A stretch of 64,000 bases of DNA from an uncultured Thermoplasmata archaeon (GCA_963719945.1 CAVRDX010000003.1:32001-96000); one strand, 5' to 3'; positions 9,943 to 21,116 are shown, numbered from the stretch's first letter. Translations and numbers: made by a program. The notes: generated by a model from the letters alone, not told the origin.

Positions 9943-11322
9943 TTGACGACGAGTCTGTCAATCGAGAAAGAGTGCAGCCTGGATGCAATATCTGTATTCT
10001 CATCCCTAAGGTCGAGCTTTGCTGGCGAGTGTTTCCTGCTCGAGTCAGTGGAAGGTACGCGGAAGAACGCGCGCTACTCGTTTGTAGGGGTGGGTCAGGT
10101 ATCTCAGTTCAAATCGATAGGCAACAAGATCGAGATAGGGGGCCAGGCTGCGACGGTCCCCGATCCCTATGGCGCGCTCCGATCCTATTTTAAATCGCTT
10201 AGATCAGGGGCATCTGAGGTCGCGCCTTTCTCTGGGGGGATGGTCGGCTACCTCGGATATGGAATGGTCAACCAATTCGACGGCATCCCGATGCCTCCCA
10301 CAGACGGCGAATCCCTGCCCGATATGCATTTCATGGTTCCAGAGCACCTGGTCTGTCTCGATCACCTCAATTCACGAACATTCCTCGTATCTCATGGAAA
10401 AATGGCTGACCTCAAGGAAGCACTTTCGAAGGCTCGCCCGGCGCCTCCTTCCGATTTGAAGATAACTGCCGGAAGATCCTCGGTGAACCAGGCAGAATTT
10501 GAGAAGATGGTCTCGACCGCAAAGGATGAGATTCTTGATGGGGAGATCTTTCAAGTAGTCCTTTCCCGCAGCACAGATTTCACCGTGGATGGCGACCCTC
10601 TTGAGATGTATCGAACACTCCGCGCCCTCAACCCTTCACCGTACATGTTCTATCTTGATTTCGGGAAGGTGAAGCTGCTGGGCTCCTCGCCAGAGATGTT
10701 GGTCAGGCTCGAGGGGAACAGATTGACCACCCGTCCTCTGGCAGGCACCAGGCCTAGATCTCCTGACATCGAGGATGATGAGAAGCTAAAGAACGAGCTC
10801 CTCCTCGATGAGAAGGAGCGGGCGGAGCACTTGATGCTGGTCGATCTTCATCGGAACGATATGGGACGAGTGTCCAAGTATGGTACTGTGAAAGTGACTG
10901 AGCTGATGGAGATCGAGAAGTACTCTCATGTTCAACACATCGTCAGCAACGTGGAGAGCGAGATACGGCCGGATGCTGATGGCTTCTCTGCGCTTCGTTC
11001 TTGTTTCCCAGCAGGTACCGTTACTGGCGCCCCAAAGATCAGAGCCATGGAGATAATATCTGCTCTGGAAGGTTCGCACAGAGGACTCTATGCCGGAACC
11101 GTCGGTTACTTCGATTTCACAGGTAACATGGACTTTGCCATCACCATCCGTTCAATAGTGGTCAACGGGAACCGTGCGAGACTCCAGGCAGGTGCTGGGA
11201 TAGTGGCCGATTCCGTGCCGGATCGAGAGTTCTCAGAGACCGAGCACAAGATGGGTGCCACACTGGAAGCTATCGAATCAGGGGACCCGAGGAGGGAAGG
11301 TCATGCGCATCTTACTCGTTGA
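9943..11322 (+). CDS. trpE: Anthranilate synthase component I
   Basis: LLESVEG, RYSF, NPSPYM, PLAGTRPR, KERAEHLMLVDL, FPAGTVTGAPKIRAM; start uncertain (TTG 9943 or 9865). Confidence 0.95.
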   Translation: MTTSLSIEKECSLDAISVFSSLRSSFAGECFLLESVEGTRKNARYSFVGVGQVSQFKSIGNKIEIGGQAATVPDPYGALRSYFKSLRSGASEVAPFSGGMVGYLGYGMVNQFDGIPMPPTDGESLPDMHFMVPEHLVCLDHLNSRTFLVSHGKMADLKEALSKARPAPPSDLKITAGRSSVNQAEFEKMVSTAKDEILDGEIFQVVLSRSTDFTVDGDPLEMYRTLRALNPSPYMFYLDFGKVKLLGSSPEMLVRLEGNRLTTRPLAGTRPRSPDIEDDEKLKNELLLDEKERAEHLMLVDLHRNDMGRVSKYGTVKVTELMEIEKYSHVQHIVSNVESEIRPDADGFSALRSCFPAGTVTGAPKIRAMEIISALEGSHRGLYAGTVGYFDFTGNMDFAITIRSIVVNGNRARLQAGAGIVADSVPDREFSETEHKMGATLEAIESGDPRREGHAHLTR

Positions 11323-11875
11323 CAATTATGATTCATTCGTCTACAACATCGCGCAATACCTGGGCGAGATCGGTGTCGATATTGAGGTGGAGAGGAACGA
11401 TTCAGGACGCATCGATGAGTTGGTTGATATCGTGGATGGGTTCGTGATTTCGCCAGGCCCTGGCCATCCAAGATCCGCCAGAAAGAGTCTCGATATTCTG
11501 AATCAGGGTGGATTCGGAAAACCGATACTCGGTGTCTGTCTCGGTCATCAGGCAATCGCGCATGTGCATGGTGGGTCGGTCGTTCGCGCGGACCAGGTAA
11601 TGCACGGCAAGGTCAGCAGGATAACGCATACGGAAGACCCACTTTTCGAGGGAATACCTCCATCGTTCACTGCGACCAGATATCATTCTCTATTGGTCGA
11701 TAGAGCAACTATTCCAGACTCCCTGGCGATCCTGGCTGAGACAGATCGGGGGGAGATCATGAGCCTAAGGGTGAAGGGGAAACCGATCTTTGGAGTTCAA
11801 TTCCATCCGGAATCCATAATGACCTCACACGGGAAGCGCCTGCTCCATAACTTCGCAAGGATGTGCGAACGATGA
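11303..11875 (+). CDS. trpG: Anthranilate synthase component II (glutamine amidotransferase)
   Basis: DNYDSF, SPGPG, GVCLGHQ, RYHSL, QFHPES. Confidence 0.95.
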   Translation: MRILLVDNYDSFVYNIAQYLGEIGVDIEVERNDSGRIDELVDIVDGFVISPGPGHPRSARKSLDILNQGGFGKPILGVCLGHQAIAHVHGGSVVRADQVMHGKVSRITHTEDPLFEGIPPSFTATRYHSLLVDRATIPDSLAILAETDRGEIMSLRVKGKPIFGVQFHPESIMTSHGKRLLHNFARMCER

Positions 11876-13833
11876 TACAGCAGGCGATTCGGGAAGTCAT
11901 CGACGGCAAAGACTTGGGTGCAGATGTGGCACAACAAGTGATGCGCGAGATGATGAGCGGTACTTCTACCTCGAGTCAGATCGCAGCCTTCGCGACCGCT
12001 ATGCGGATGAAGGGCGAAACTCAGGAAGAGCTACTGGGCTTCGCAAAGGCCATGCGAGAAAGTGCAACCCCTGTTTCATGTCCTCCGAATGCTGTCGATC
12101 TCTGCGGTACAGGAGGGGATGGGTGTAGCACATTCAACATCAGCACCGTCTCTTCGTTCGTCGTTGCTGCCGCTGGAGTCCCAGTCGCCAAGCACGGCAA
12201 CCGTGCCGTCTCAAGCAGGTCTGGCTCGGCGGATCTACTGGTTGCCCTCGGCATCCCAGTCGACCTCGGTCCTGATCTGGTTGAGAAATGTGTGGAAAAG
12301 GTCGGGATCGGCTTCATGTTCGCCCCGAGATTCCACGAAGCGATGAGAAACGTCGCTGCCACTAGACGGGAGATTGGGTTCAGGACATTCTTCAACATCC
12401 TGGGCCCAATCTCCAATCCCGCCAGCGTAAGGCACCAGCTGATGGGTATCTACGATCCCGAACTCGCCACGAAGGTTACAGGAGTCCTCCGAGATCTCGG
12501 GACCAAGAGAGCGCTTGTGGTCCACGGGAATGGGTTGGATGAAATCACGGATACTGGTCCGACCAGTGTCGTTGAATTGAGTTTGGGCAGAATCAATCGA
12601 TATGAGATCACACCAGAATCGTTCGGGTTCGAAGTCAATGATCCTTCCACCCATGTCGGTGGGAGTCCAGAAGAGAATGCAAGGATTGCTCTTTCCATTT
12701 TGAAGAATAGAGATCATATGAGGTCTCCAATCGTCGCGATGAATGCCGGAGCTGCTCTCTACGTGTCCGGTCACTCATCGACTATCGAGGACGGGGTCGA
12801 GACTGCCAAGAAAATGATTCACAATGGCCACGCGCTGAAGAAATTGGTGGAATTCTCATCTCTCGCAAATGAACTCGAGAAGAATCGTCAGATGTCGGAA
12901 GATGCATCCAACCTCCGAGAGTCCCGGATACATCCTGATGTTCTAAGGTCGAGATGCTCCGACCTGACTGCCGATATGCTATCGATGATAAGTGAGACCG
13001 ATCAAGGCGATGACATCCTAAGCACGCTCGATCAAGCATTATTCACCGCTCCTAATGTCCTCTCCGTCATAGTCGCTCGTCGAATTTTGAGCCTATCCCA
13101 GAGGTCGGGCATCGAAGGTGTCCAGCTTCCTCGTTCGAAGACTAGGATGTCCGAATCGATATCTTCGGAGGGTGGGATATCGCTGATAGCCGAATACAAA
13201 CCGCGATCACCTTCGACCCCACCACTAAGGGTCCCCCCGAATCCGTCCTCTGCTGCTCGAATACTGGATGAATCAGGATCCTCAGGGGTATCTGTTCTAG
13301 TTGAACCGGACTTCTTCGGCGGTGGGGAAGACCTGTTCGCAAGTTTCCGTTCGATAGTGTCCAAGCCCATGCTGTTCAAAGATTTTGTCGTGACCGAAGA
13401 CCAAGTCAGAATCGCCAGATCGCTTGGGGCCGATGCGATACTCCTGATCGCAAAAGCGCTTACTAGCCAATCTTTGGATGGGCTCATCAAGGCATGTATA
13501 TCAAATGGAGTCGAGCCTCTCGTCGAGACGCATGATTCCGAAGATATCGCTAAACTGTCCTCATGTCGATGCATGGATGCGGTGGACATGATTGGGATAA
13601 ACAGCAGGGATCTACGAACCCTCGATGTTGATCTTGCACAAGTGAACGAGTTGAGAAAACAGGCTCCACCAGGGAAGATACTCATTGCCGAGAGCGGACT
13701 CCGCTCTCCTGCAGATCTTCGCATGCTCCGAGGATTCGACGCGGTTTTGATGGGCTCCACCCTGATGGATTCAGATGATCTCCAAGTCATGCTGAGTGAT
13801 ATGGTATCCGTCGGGCGGAGCGTGGTCCGTTGA
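11872..13833 (+). CDS. trpD-trpC: Fused anthranilate phosphoribosyltransferase / indole-3-glycerol phosphate synthase (TrpD-TrpC)
   Basis: N-half: CGTGGDG, FNIST, KHGNRAVSSRSGSAD, GLDE; C-half: IAEYKPRSPS, LFKDF, GADAILLI, GINSRDL, AESG. Confidence 0.93.
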   Translation: MIQQAIREVIDGKDLGADVAQQVMREMMSGTSTSSQIAAFATAMRMKGETQEELLGFAKAMRESATPVSCPPNAVDLCGTGGDGCSTFNISTVSSFVVAAAGVPVAKHGNRAVSSRSGSADLLVALGIPVDLGPDLVEKCVEKVGIGFMFAPRFHEAMRNVAATRREIGFRTFFNILGPISNPASVRHQLMGIYDPELATKVTGVLRDLGTKRALVVHGNGLDEITDTGPTSVVELSLGRINRYEITPESFGFEVNDPSTHVGGSPEENARIALSILKNRDHMRSPIVAMNAGAALYVSGHSSTIEDGVETAKKMIHNGHALKKLVEFSSLANELEKNRQMSEDASNLRESRIHPDVLRSRCSDLTADMLSMISETDQGDDILSTLDQALFTAPNVLSVIVARRILSLSQRSGIEGVQLPRSKTRMSESISSEGGISLIAEYKPRSPSTPPLRVPPNPSSAARILDESGSSGVSVLVEPDFFGGGEDLFASFRSIVSKPMLFKDFVVTEDQVRIARSLGADAILLIAKALTSQSLDGLIKACISNGVEPLVETHDSEDIAKLSSCRCMDAVDMIGINSRDLRTLDVDLAQVNELRKQAPPGKILIAESGLRSPADLRMLRGFDAVLMGSTLMDSDDLQVMLSDMVSVGRSVVR

Positions 13834-14417
13834 AGATCAAGATATGCGGGATCACCAATCTGTCCGATGCCGCAATGTGCGAGGAACTTGGAGCGGACAT
13901 GCTCGGTTTCGTCCATGTAGATGGCCGGGCCAGAAGCGTGACACCCGAGGCGATCTCCGAGATTGGATCTTGCCTCGGACAAGGTCTGACCAAGATTCTC
14001 GTATGCTATCCACAGTCCGCATCAGATGCAATCGATCTTGGTAGAAAGAGTGATGTGGATGCTATCCAATTGCATACTCTCTCTCCGGATGATATGAGCG
14101 ATATACGCGATGCAGGGTTCATGGTGATAAGGGCCGTGAAGGCTGATCGTTCCACCGCCCTTCCGTTCTCCGAAGCGGTCGATGCGCTTCTATTCGAGAA
14201 TGGGCTTCCGGGCACGGGAAGCGCATACGACTACAGTTCCGTTCCCATGGATTGTCACCCTAGAACGATTATTGCGGGCGGACTCAGACCAGCGAATGTC
14301 CATCTGGCCAAAGCAATGAATCCATATGCAGTGGATGTTTCGTCTGGAGTTGAGCGGATCATCGGTGCGAAGGATAGGGGACTATTGTCTGAATTCATCA
14401 GGAGATGCAGGGAATGA
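13830..14417 (+). CDS. trpF: Phosphoribosylanthranilate isomerase
   Basis: [23 protein letters not shown]. Confidence 0.95.
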   Translation: MKIKICGITNLSDAAMCEELGADMLGFVHVDGRARSVTPEAISEIGSCLGQGLTKILVCYPQSASDAIDLGRKSDVDAIQLHTLSPDDMSDIRDAGFMVIRAVKADRSTALPFSEAVDALLFENGLPGTGSAYDYSSVPMDCHPRTIIAGGLRPANVHLAKAMNPYAVDVSSGVERIIGAKDRGLLSEFIRRCRE

Positions 14418-15592
14418 ACAAGAATGGTTACTTTGGAGATTTCGGCGGGTTCTTCGTTCCAGAGATACTTGTCAGCGCATTGAAGGAGCTAGAGCGAGAA
14501 TATCAATCATTGTCAACTGATACAGAGTTCGCCGATGAACTGAATCATCTCCTTGAGACATATGCAGGCAGGCCTACCCCGTTGTTCTCCGCAAAGAACC
14601 TGTCGAAAGAATGCGGGGGCGCGAAGATATATCTCAAGCGCGAGGACCTATTGCATACAGGATCCCACAAGATCAACAATGCGCTCGGTCAGGCGTTGCT
14701 GGCGAAGCGGATCGGAAAGACTCGCATCATCGCAGAGACAGGCGCTGGTCAGCACGGAGTGGCCACCGCGACTGCATGTGCGCTTCTAGGTCTGAGATGC
14801 GAGATATTCATGGGCGAAGTGGATGTCGAGAGGCAGAGTTCCAATTGTTATCGGATGAATCTGTTGGGTGCGAAGTTGAACGTGGTCAGGGGCGGTTCGC
14901 GCACCCTCAAGGACGCCATCAACGAAGCCATGCGGGACTATGCAGCGACGAGTGAGGATACGCACTATCTCATCGGAAGCGTCGTCGGCCCCCACCCGTA
15001 TCCGACGATGGTCAGAGATTTCCAGTCTGTCATTGGTCGAGAGGCTAGGTCTCAGATACTGTCGATTGATGGTAGACTGCCTGACGCACTTGTAGCCTGC
15101 GTCGGCGGAGGCAGTAATTCCATAGGGCTCTTCCATCCTTTTGTGGCCGATGCCTCCGTCCGCATGTTCGGGGTTGAGGCAGGTGGGAAAGGGATCGATT
15201 CAGATATGCACTCCGCAAGTGTTGTCAGGGGAACGGAAGGCGTTCTTCATGGAGCCAAGAGTCTGGTTCTTCAGGATGAAGATGGACAGATAAATGAAAC
15301 GCATTCTGTTGCAGCGGGACTCGATTATCCTGCAGTCGGCCCTGAGCACGCATTCTTCAGCAGGTCGAAGCGGATCGAGTATAGCGCGATAAACGATGAC
15401 GAAGCGGTGTCAGCTTTTCATCATCTGTCGGAATCGGAAGGAATCGTTCCAGCATTGGAGAGCGCACATGCGATCTCCTTCGCATCAAAGTTGGCCAGCG
15501 ATATGAGCCCAGGGCAATCGATCATCGTATGTCTCTCTGGACGCGGTGATAAGGATGTCAATCAGATAGCTGCAATGGAGGGGAAATTGTGA
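14414..15592 (+). CDS. trpB: Tryptophan synthase beta chain
   Basis: [43 protein letters not shown]. Confidence 0.97.
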   Translation: MNKNGYFGDFGGFFVPEILVSALKELEREYQSLSTDTEFADELNHLLETYAGRPTPLFSAKNLSKECGGAKIYLKREDLLHTGSHKINNALGQALLAKRIGKTRIIAETGAGQHGVATATACALLGLRCEIFMGEVDVERQSSNCYRMNLLGAKLNVVRGGSRTLKDAINEAMRDYAATSEDTHYLIGSVVGPHPYPTMVRDFQSVIGREARSQILSIDGRLPDALVACVGGGSNSIGLFHPFVADASVRMFGVEAGGKGIDSDMHSASVVRGTEGVLHGAKSLVLQDEDGQINETHSVAAGLDYPAVGPEHAFFSRSKRIEYSAINDDEAVSAFHHLSESEGIVPALESAHAISFASKLASDMSPGQSIIVCLSGRGDKDVNQIAAMEGKL

Positions 15593-16398
15593 GCAGACTT
15601 GCCGATGCGTTCTCATCACTCGAACATCAGGGGTCGTGTGCCTACATCCCGTACATATGTGCTGGCGATCCCGACTTGAAATTCACCGCTGAATTGGTGA
15701 GGACTCTCGATAAGAATGGAGCCGACATCTTCGAGATCGGTCTTCCCTTCTCCGATCCAATCGCAGATGGCCCGGTCATTCAGGCTGCGATGAAGCGATC
15801 ATTGGTTGCCGGATTCCGAACAGAGAAGGTCTTCGAGCTAATATCCGACTTGAGGAAGTCCTCTGTGTCAAAGCCAATCGTCGTAATGAGCTATTTCAAT
15901 CCGATCTTCAAGTACGGTGTGAAGCGATTCTGCGAGAACCTATCATCTTCTGGCGGTGACGCATTATTAGTGGTGGATCTGCCACCTGAAGAATCCCAAT
16001 GTCTCCGAAACCATTGTCGAGACACTGGCCTTGACATAATCAGACTGGTTACCCCTACGACTGAAGAGTCCCGTCTGGACTACCTTTTGTCTGATGCGTC
16101 CGGTTATGTCTATGCCGTATCAGTCGCCGGAACGACTGGTCAGAGGGACAATGTCCACAGCAATGTGCCTTCACTGATACAGAAGATAAGGGGTAAGACA
16201 AGTCTGCCTATCGCCATTGGTTTTGGGATATCCTGCCCTGAGCATGTACGGTCGGCAGTATCGATGGGATCGTCAGGAGTCATCGAGGGATCTCAACTCA
16301 TCTCGATTTATTCCGCGAATTTAGATGACAGAAATCATGCACTCATCAATGTTGCAGAGCATGCTAGGTCCATGAAATCCTCCACGGGAACTGAGTAG
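15589..16398 (+). CDS. trpA: Tryptophan synthase alpha chain
   Basis: [28 protein letters not shown]. Confidence 0.97.
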   Translation: MSRLADAFSSLEHQGSCAYIPYICAGDPDLKFTAELVRTLDKNGADIFEIGLPFSDPIADGPVIQAAMKRSLVAGFRTEKVFELISDLRKSSVSKPIVVMSYFNPIFKYGVKRFCENLSSSGGDALLVVDLPPEESQCLRNHCRDTGLDIIRLVTPTTEESRLDYLLSDASGYVYAVSVAGTTGQRDNVHSNVPSLIQKIRGKTSLPIAIGFGISCPEHVRSAVSMGSSGVIEGSQLISIYSANLDDRNHALINVAEHARSMKSSTGTE

Positions 16399-16421
16399 TT
16401 GATTCAGATGTCTTGATGGAT

Positions 16422-17828
16422 TCACGCCTCGTTGAATCTGAATTTGCCATCGGGGACAAGAATCTCGAATCTCGCGTTAACGCCAAACTTGCCGTTCTCG
16501 GAAATGGTGATGCCAGTGATTCCAAGAATCTCCCTGATTAAGAACAATCCCATCCCTGTATTACGTCCATGGCCAGCTTCGAATATCTTCGTTTTCTCAT
16601 CGTCGGGGACTCCCTGACCATCATCTTCAATTATCAATACCAAGCCGTCCCCCCGCATCTCGGTCCCGAACCTGGTCTCGGTCACGCGGCCCCCATGCCT
16701 TTTGGCATTGTCAATCAGATTCCAGATCACCTTCTCGAACATAGGATCTGCGAACAGTTCGAGGGTTCGTACCTGATGGGGGATGATCACATTGGTGAAA
16801 TCAAAAGCGGTGGTCGCAGTCTTGATCGCAGTGAACACATTGGTCCAGCCCGGATTGCTCGTTCCCGCCTTCTGATAGTCTGCGGCGAACCTCAGTTGGA
16901 CATTTATGGCGCTCAATGATTCCTGCGCCTTCTTCATAAAATTCTTCTTCGAGTCTTCGCCAGAATCTCCTTCCAACAATTGGATGTAATTGGAGACGGC
17001 TGTGATTCGGTTGGCAATATCATGCCTCGTTATGGAACCCAAGAGACTGAGCTTTGCGTTGGCCCTCATCAACTCGTTCTCCATCATCTTCCTGTCTGTG
17101 ATGTCTCGGATGATTGTGAGCACGCGGGTCTCACCATCAATCTCTATGAGTCTTGCGTTTATCTCCGAGTATATGGTCCTGCCTTCAGGCGTAATGCCGA
17201 CGCTCTCTGCTATGAGCTTTCCTTCTTTCAGCAGAACAGCCATTCTATCTTTGAACCCTGTCGCCGACTCTGGTGTATTCATATCCAAAGGAGTCTTGTG
17301 GAGCAATTCATCTCGGCTCATCCCATATCTCTCACACATGGTCTTGTTTACTTCGATGAATCTTCCATTCACTTCATGGATGGCGATTCCATCTCCCGCA
17401 CTCTCGAACAGCGCCCTATACTTTGCCTCAGACGATCTGAGTGCCGTTTCGATTCGTTTGTAATCAGTGATGTCCCTTGCCACTGCGAGGATGGCGGGCT
17501 CATCAATGTAAGGGAATCTCGATAGCTTGATGTCTACTGGGAAGCTCGAACCATCCTTCCTGATGTGGGTGACTTCGAATCGTTCCTCTCCCTTTGAGAG
17601 TAATCGGTCGGTCCTTTCTCGAACCTTTGATGATGAACTTGGGTCAGTGATGTCCCTTGGTCCGAGCTCAAGCAATTCATCGCTGGTGTATCCCAGACTG
17701 GCGCAAGCTTCCCTGTTCACGACGAGGAATTTGCCACCTGGCCGATGGATGAATATCGAGTCACCTGCGCTATCGAGCAGGCGTCTATAGATTTCATCCA
17801 TTCGGCCATTAGAATCTGTCTGGACCAT
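16422..17828 (-). CDS. Cytoplasmic PAS-PAS sensor histidine kinase
   Basis: Two PAS/PAC repeats (..ARDITD, ..IRDITDRK), H-box RHDIAN, NLIDNA, DDGQG, GMGLF. Confidence 0.92.
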   Translation of the reverse strand: MVQTDSNGRMDEIYRRLLDSAGDSIFIHRPGGKFLVVNREACASLGYTSDELLELGPRDITDPSSSSKVRERTDRLLSKGEERFEVTHIRKDGSSFPVDIKLSRFPYIDEPAILAVARDITDYKRIETALRSSEAKYRALFESAGDGIAIHEVNGRFIEVNKTMCERYGMSRDELLHKTPLDMNTPESATGFKDRMAVLLKEGKLIAESVGITPEGRTIYSEINARLIEIDGETRVLTIIRDITDRKMMENELMRANAKLSLLGSITRHDIANRITAVSNYIQLLEGDSGEDSKKNFMKKAQESLSAINVQLRFAADYQKAGTSNPGWTNVFTAIKTATTAFDFTNVIIPHQVRTLELFADPMFEKVIWNLIDNAKRHGGRVTETRFGTEMRGDGLVLIIEDDGQGVPDDEKTKIFEAGHGRNTGMGLFLIREILGITGITISENGKFGVNARFEILVPDGKFRFNEA

Positions 17829-18091
17829 CTCACTCAACCGCAATACGGTGCATATTGCCTCGCAGAGTATTATAATATTCGACGACCGATTATTAATGTC
17901 TCGGATCATCACTGTCGACGAATCAACAAATCAATTGCGTTATCCTCTTCTCTGGTTGGTTATTGGATATTCATCATCCGCTCCAAATCTACTTATTCTT
18001 TTGATATCACCTGACTATAAATACTGGTTGATGTTGGAGAATCGCAAGCATAATGTAACAATTCACCTGTTACTGGATGGGGGAGAGGATT

Positions 18092-19120
18092 ATGAATCTC
18101 GGGAAACACGCAATGGCAGGGGCACTTGTGATATTCATGATGCTATCAACCATGATGCTGTCAATACCGGCATCTGGTGGAAAGACCACATACGAGTACT
18201 ATGTTGCTGGAGACTCGGCTGATGTGGTGACACCGACCACTGGAGGCTTATTGCTGGCCGGTGGAAGCAACGACATCGCTGCGGCAATGAAATGGATGAT
18301 TGACAAATCCGGTGGCGGAGATTTCGTCGTGATTCGTTGCGCTGGAACAGATGCTTACAATCCATGGATATACAAGCAGCTCGAAGGAGTTGATTCCTGC
18401 GAGACCATTATCTTCCTGTCTTCTGAGGCGTGCGACGATCCCTTCGTCCTAGAGAAGATACGGAATGCGGAGGCACTCTTTATCGCGGGTGGCGACCAAT
18501 GGGATTATGTCAGCATGTGGAAGGGAACACCGGTCGAGGACGCGATACATTATGTCGCCAGCAAGCCGGCTCCTGTCGGTGGCACAAGCGCGGGGCTCGC
18601 CATACTGGGAGAGTTCGTGTTTACCGCCGAGAACGATACTATCGACTCCGATGATGCACTCAAGAACCCGTACAACCGCCGTGTTGCTATCGACAACAAC
18701 TTCCTCAGCCTGTCCAACATGGATGGAAAGATCACTGATAGTCATTTCGTCGCAAGGGATCGTATGGGCCGGCTCGTGACATTCTTGGCCCGCATTGTCG
18801 AGGATGGATTGGCCACCGAGGCCAAAGGTATCGGCATTGATGAGAAGACGGCGCTAGGCGTAGAATTGAATGGGGATGTGACCCTGTTCGATTTGTGCAC
18901 ATGCGAAGGAGGAGCGGCATACTTCCTGAGCACGCCAGGTCGGCCGGAAGTCTGCGAACCCAAGACCCCGTTGACCTATCTCGACGTCTCCGTGTATCGG
19001 ATAACTGGAACGGCTACGTTCAACCTTGCGACATGGATTGGGGTCGGAGGTACTGCATATACCTTGTCCGCAGAGGATGGTGTACTCACTTCTGATCAGT
19101 TGGGTGGAAACATCTACTGA
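18092..19120 (+). CDS. Secreted cyanophycinase / peptidase S51 family
   Basis: Signal peptide; LAGG, IAGGDQ, GGTSAG (catalytic Ser), DSHF..RDRMGRL, GIDE. Confidence 0.88.
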   Translation: MNLGKHAMAGALVIFMMLSTMMLSIPASGGKTTYEYYVAGDSADVVTPTTGGLLLAGGSNDIAAAMKWMIDKSGGGDFVVIRCAGTDAYNPWIYKQLEGVDSCETIIFLSSEACDDPFVLEKIRNAEALFIAGGDQWDYVSMWKGTPVEDAIHYVASKPAPVGGTSAGLAILGEFVFTAENDTIDSDDALKNPYNRRVAIDNNFLSLSNMDGKITDSHFVARDRMGRLVTFLARIVEDGLATEAKGIGIDEKTALGVELNGDVTLFDLCTCEGGAAYFLSTPGRPEVCEPKTPLTYLDVSVYRITGTATFNLATWIGVGGTAYTLSAEDGVLTSDQLGGNIY

Positions 19121-19270
19121 ACGATGTTGTCGGTCAGAATGCCATACGCCCTCTCTCATCCATAATGAGAGCTGTAGACGATTCCAGTGATTGTCCACAG
19201 AGGGTGTCCGTGACGCGTTCAGATTCTCCGCCCCTTGGGCATGCTATGACTGACGATGTCGTATGACAAA

Positions 19271-20782
19271 TCATCCCCAGAGTGCAGAGTGCTTTTTCTC
19301 CAGATACTTCACGAACGGTTCCGATGTGAGAGAGCTCCCTGTGACCTTCTCCACTAGCGTCGCTGGATCGTACAGTGCGCCATATCGCTGGACGTTGTCC
19401 CTGAGCCACTCGATGACCATGCGGGGTCTGCCCGCTTCGACCTCGTGAGACCATTCAGGCATGACCTTCTCGAGCTTCTTCAAATACATCCCGTCGTACA
19501 CGTTCCCCATGACATAACTCTGCCAGTAGCCAAACGCCCCCGCACTCCAGTGGATGTCCTGCATTACTCCCTCGGCATCGTCCATGATCTCAACATGCAG
19601 GTACCTGTCGTACAGGTCGTTCCACATCTGGGGCAACTCCTTGACTGTCGCGTTGCCAGAGAAAAGCTCCCTTTCGATTTCGAATCTGATTGCAATGTGC
19701 AGGGAGTAAGTGACTTCGTCCGCCTTGACCCGTATCTTCGACCGTTCGACCTTATTGAGCGCCCTGACCAGATCATGGAGAGGGACGTCAGAGAACGCAG
19801 TTCCGGTCAATCTCTTCAGCCTCGGTAGATAGAATCTCCAGAATGCCTCGGATAGCCCGATCATGTTCTCCGGAAACCGCGACATGGATTCGTGCACTCC
19901 CATGCTTGCGCCGCTCGCAATTGGCTGGTACATCCAATCATGGTTGATATTCTGCCCGTATAGAGCGTGCCCGGCTTCGTGCAGACCTCCCATCATGGAA
20001 TCCATGATGCCAAGATCGCTGAACCGGAGCGCTATCCTCACATCGTCCAAGTAACCGGTCGTGAACGGGTGCATCGTGTCATCGATTCGTCCACGTGCCT
20101 CATCCGAGGTCGTGTCATAGCCCAGGAGGCTTATAGCATCCCTTACGACTTCACGTTGGACTGGCAATGGCACGGGCCGTTTGATGCATGAAACATCTAC
20201 ACCTTTGGACGCCTCGCTGAATCTGTCCGCGAGTGGGACGAGGGCCGTTCTGAGGTCCGTCAAGAGACTCGCAGCCTGCTCATTTTTCATCCCCAGCTCA
20301 TAGTCGTCAATCATAGCATCGAAGACGCACGCCGCCCCTCTAGCTTCCATGGTTGCCTCGGCGCGCTTGATGCTTAGCTCGACCAGCTTTTCCAGTTCGG
20401 GCTCGAATATACTCCACTTCTTTGCTTCCTTAGCCTTGGCCCAGGCACTTCTTGATACTGCTTGTTGGGTCGCCAGGGCAGCCACGAGTGTCTCGGGCAT
20501 GCTCACGGCTATCTCGCGCTCCCTACGGATGAGGTACAGGTTCCTGGAGGTAATCTCGCCGGTTGAGTCATTGTTCTTCTCCGACTCCTTGATGAGATTT
20601 GCGAGTTCGTCGCTCGTCAGCATCCTGTGTCTTAGGCGTTCCAGAATGCCAAGCTGATCACTCCTGAGCGTTATCCCTTTCGGGGGCATGTATGTCTCAA
20701 GATCCCAGTTCATCATCTGGATGGTCGTGTCGATGAGCGTAATCTCCCGGTACTTCTCAATCAACTTGTCGTAAGCCTTCAT
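19271..20782 (-). CDS. Carboxypeptidase, M32 (Taq) family
   Basis: HPF, HEAGH (HEXXH), HESMS, IRVKADEVTY, QDIHW motifs. Confidence 0.95.
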   Translation of the reverse strand: MKAYDKLIEKYREITLIDTTIQMMNWDLETYMPPKGITLRSDQLGILERLRHRMLTSDELANLIKESEKNNDSTGEITSRNLYLIRREREIAVSMPETLVAALATQQAVSRSAWAKAKEAKKWSIFEPELEKLVELSIKRAEATMEARGAACVFDAMIDDYELGMKNEQAASLLTDLRTALVPLADRFSEASKGVDVSCIKRPVPLPVQREVVRDAISLLGYDTTSDEARGRIDDTMHPFTTGYLDDVRIALRFSDLGIMDSMMGGLHEAGHALYGQNINHDWMYQPIASGASMGVHESMSRFPENMIGLSEAFWRFYLPRLKRLTGTAFSDVPLHDLVRALNKVERSKIRVKADEVTYSLHIAIRFEIERELFSGNATVKELPQMWNDLYDRYLHVEIMDDAEGVMQDIHWSAGAFGYWQSYVMGNVYDGMYLKKLEKVMPEWSHEVEAGRPRMVIEWLRDNVQRYGALYDPATLVEKVTGSSLTSEPFVKYLEKKHSALWG

Positions 20783-21116
20783 GTCAGTTGCCCTCCACAT
20801 GCGGTGGCGAGGTGATTGGGATTGCAGATGATTATGTTTATCTATGGTGTGATTTCCTCGTCCGCTATTGCGTGAATGCCTAGCCATTTCAATGAGCCAA
20901 TCTTAACATTGATGAGCCTGCGATCTGAGGCGAAATTTACATGAACCTCTAGCACATTGTGTGGACTGGTCGTGTGACCAGGAGGTTCCCGGTGATGATG
21001 ATGTCCGAATTGGTTCTAGCCACTGCGCCGGGAGCCGTATGATTCCCAGCGAATCTCCTGGCGTTTGGTGATTGTTCAGCTTGCACTGCGAATGCCATCG
21101 ATAGATTCAACATGAA

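Noticed and set aside
20992-21045. GTGATGA as the C box of a C/D sRNA
   Set aside because: No properly spaced CTGA D box found.
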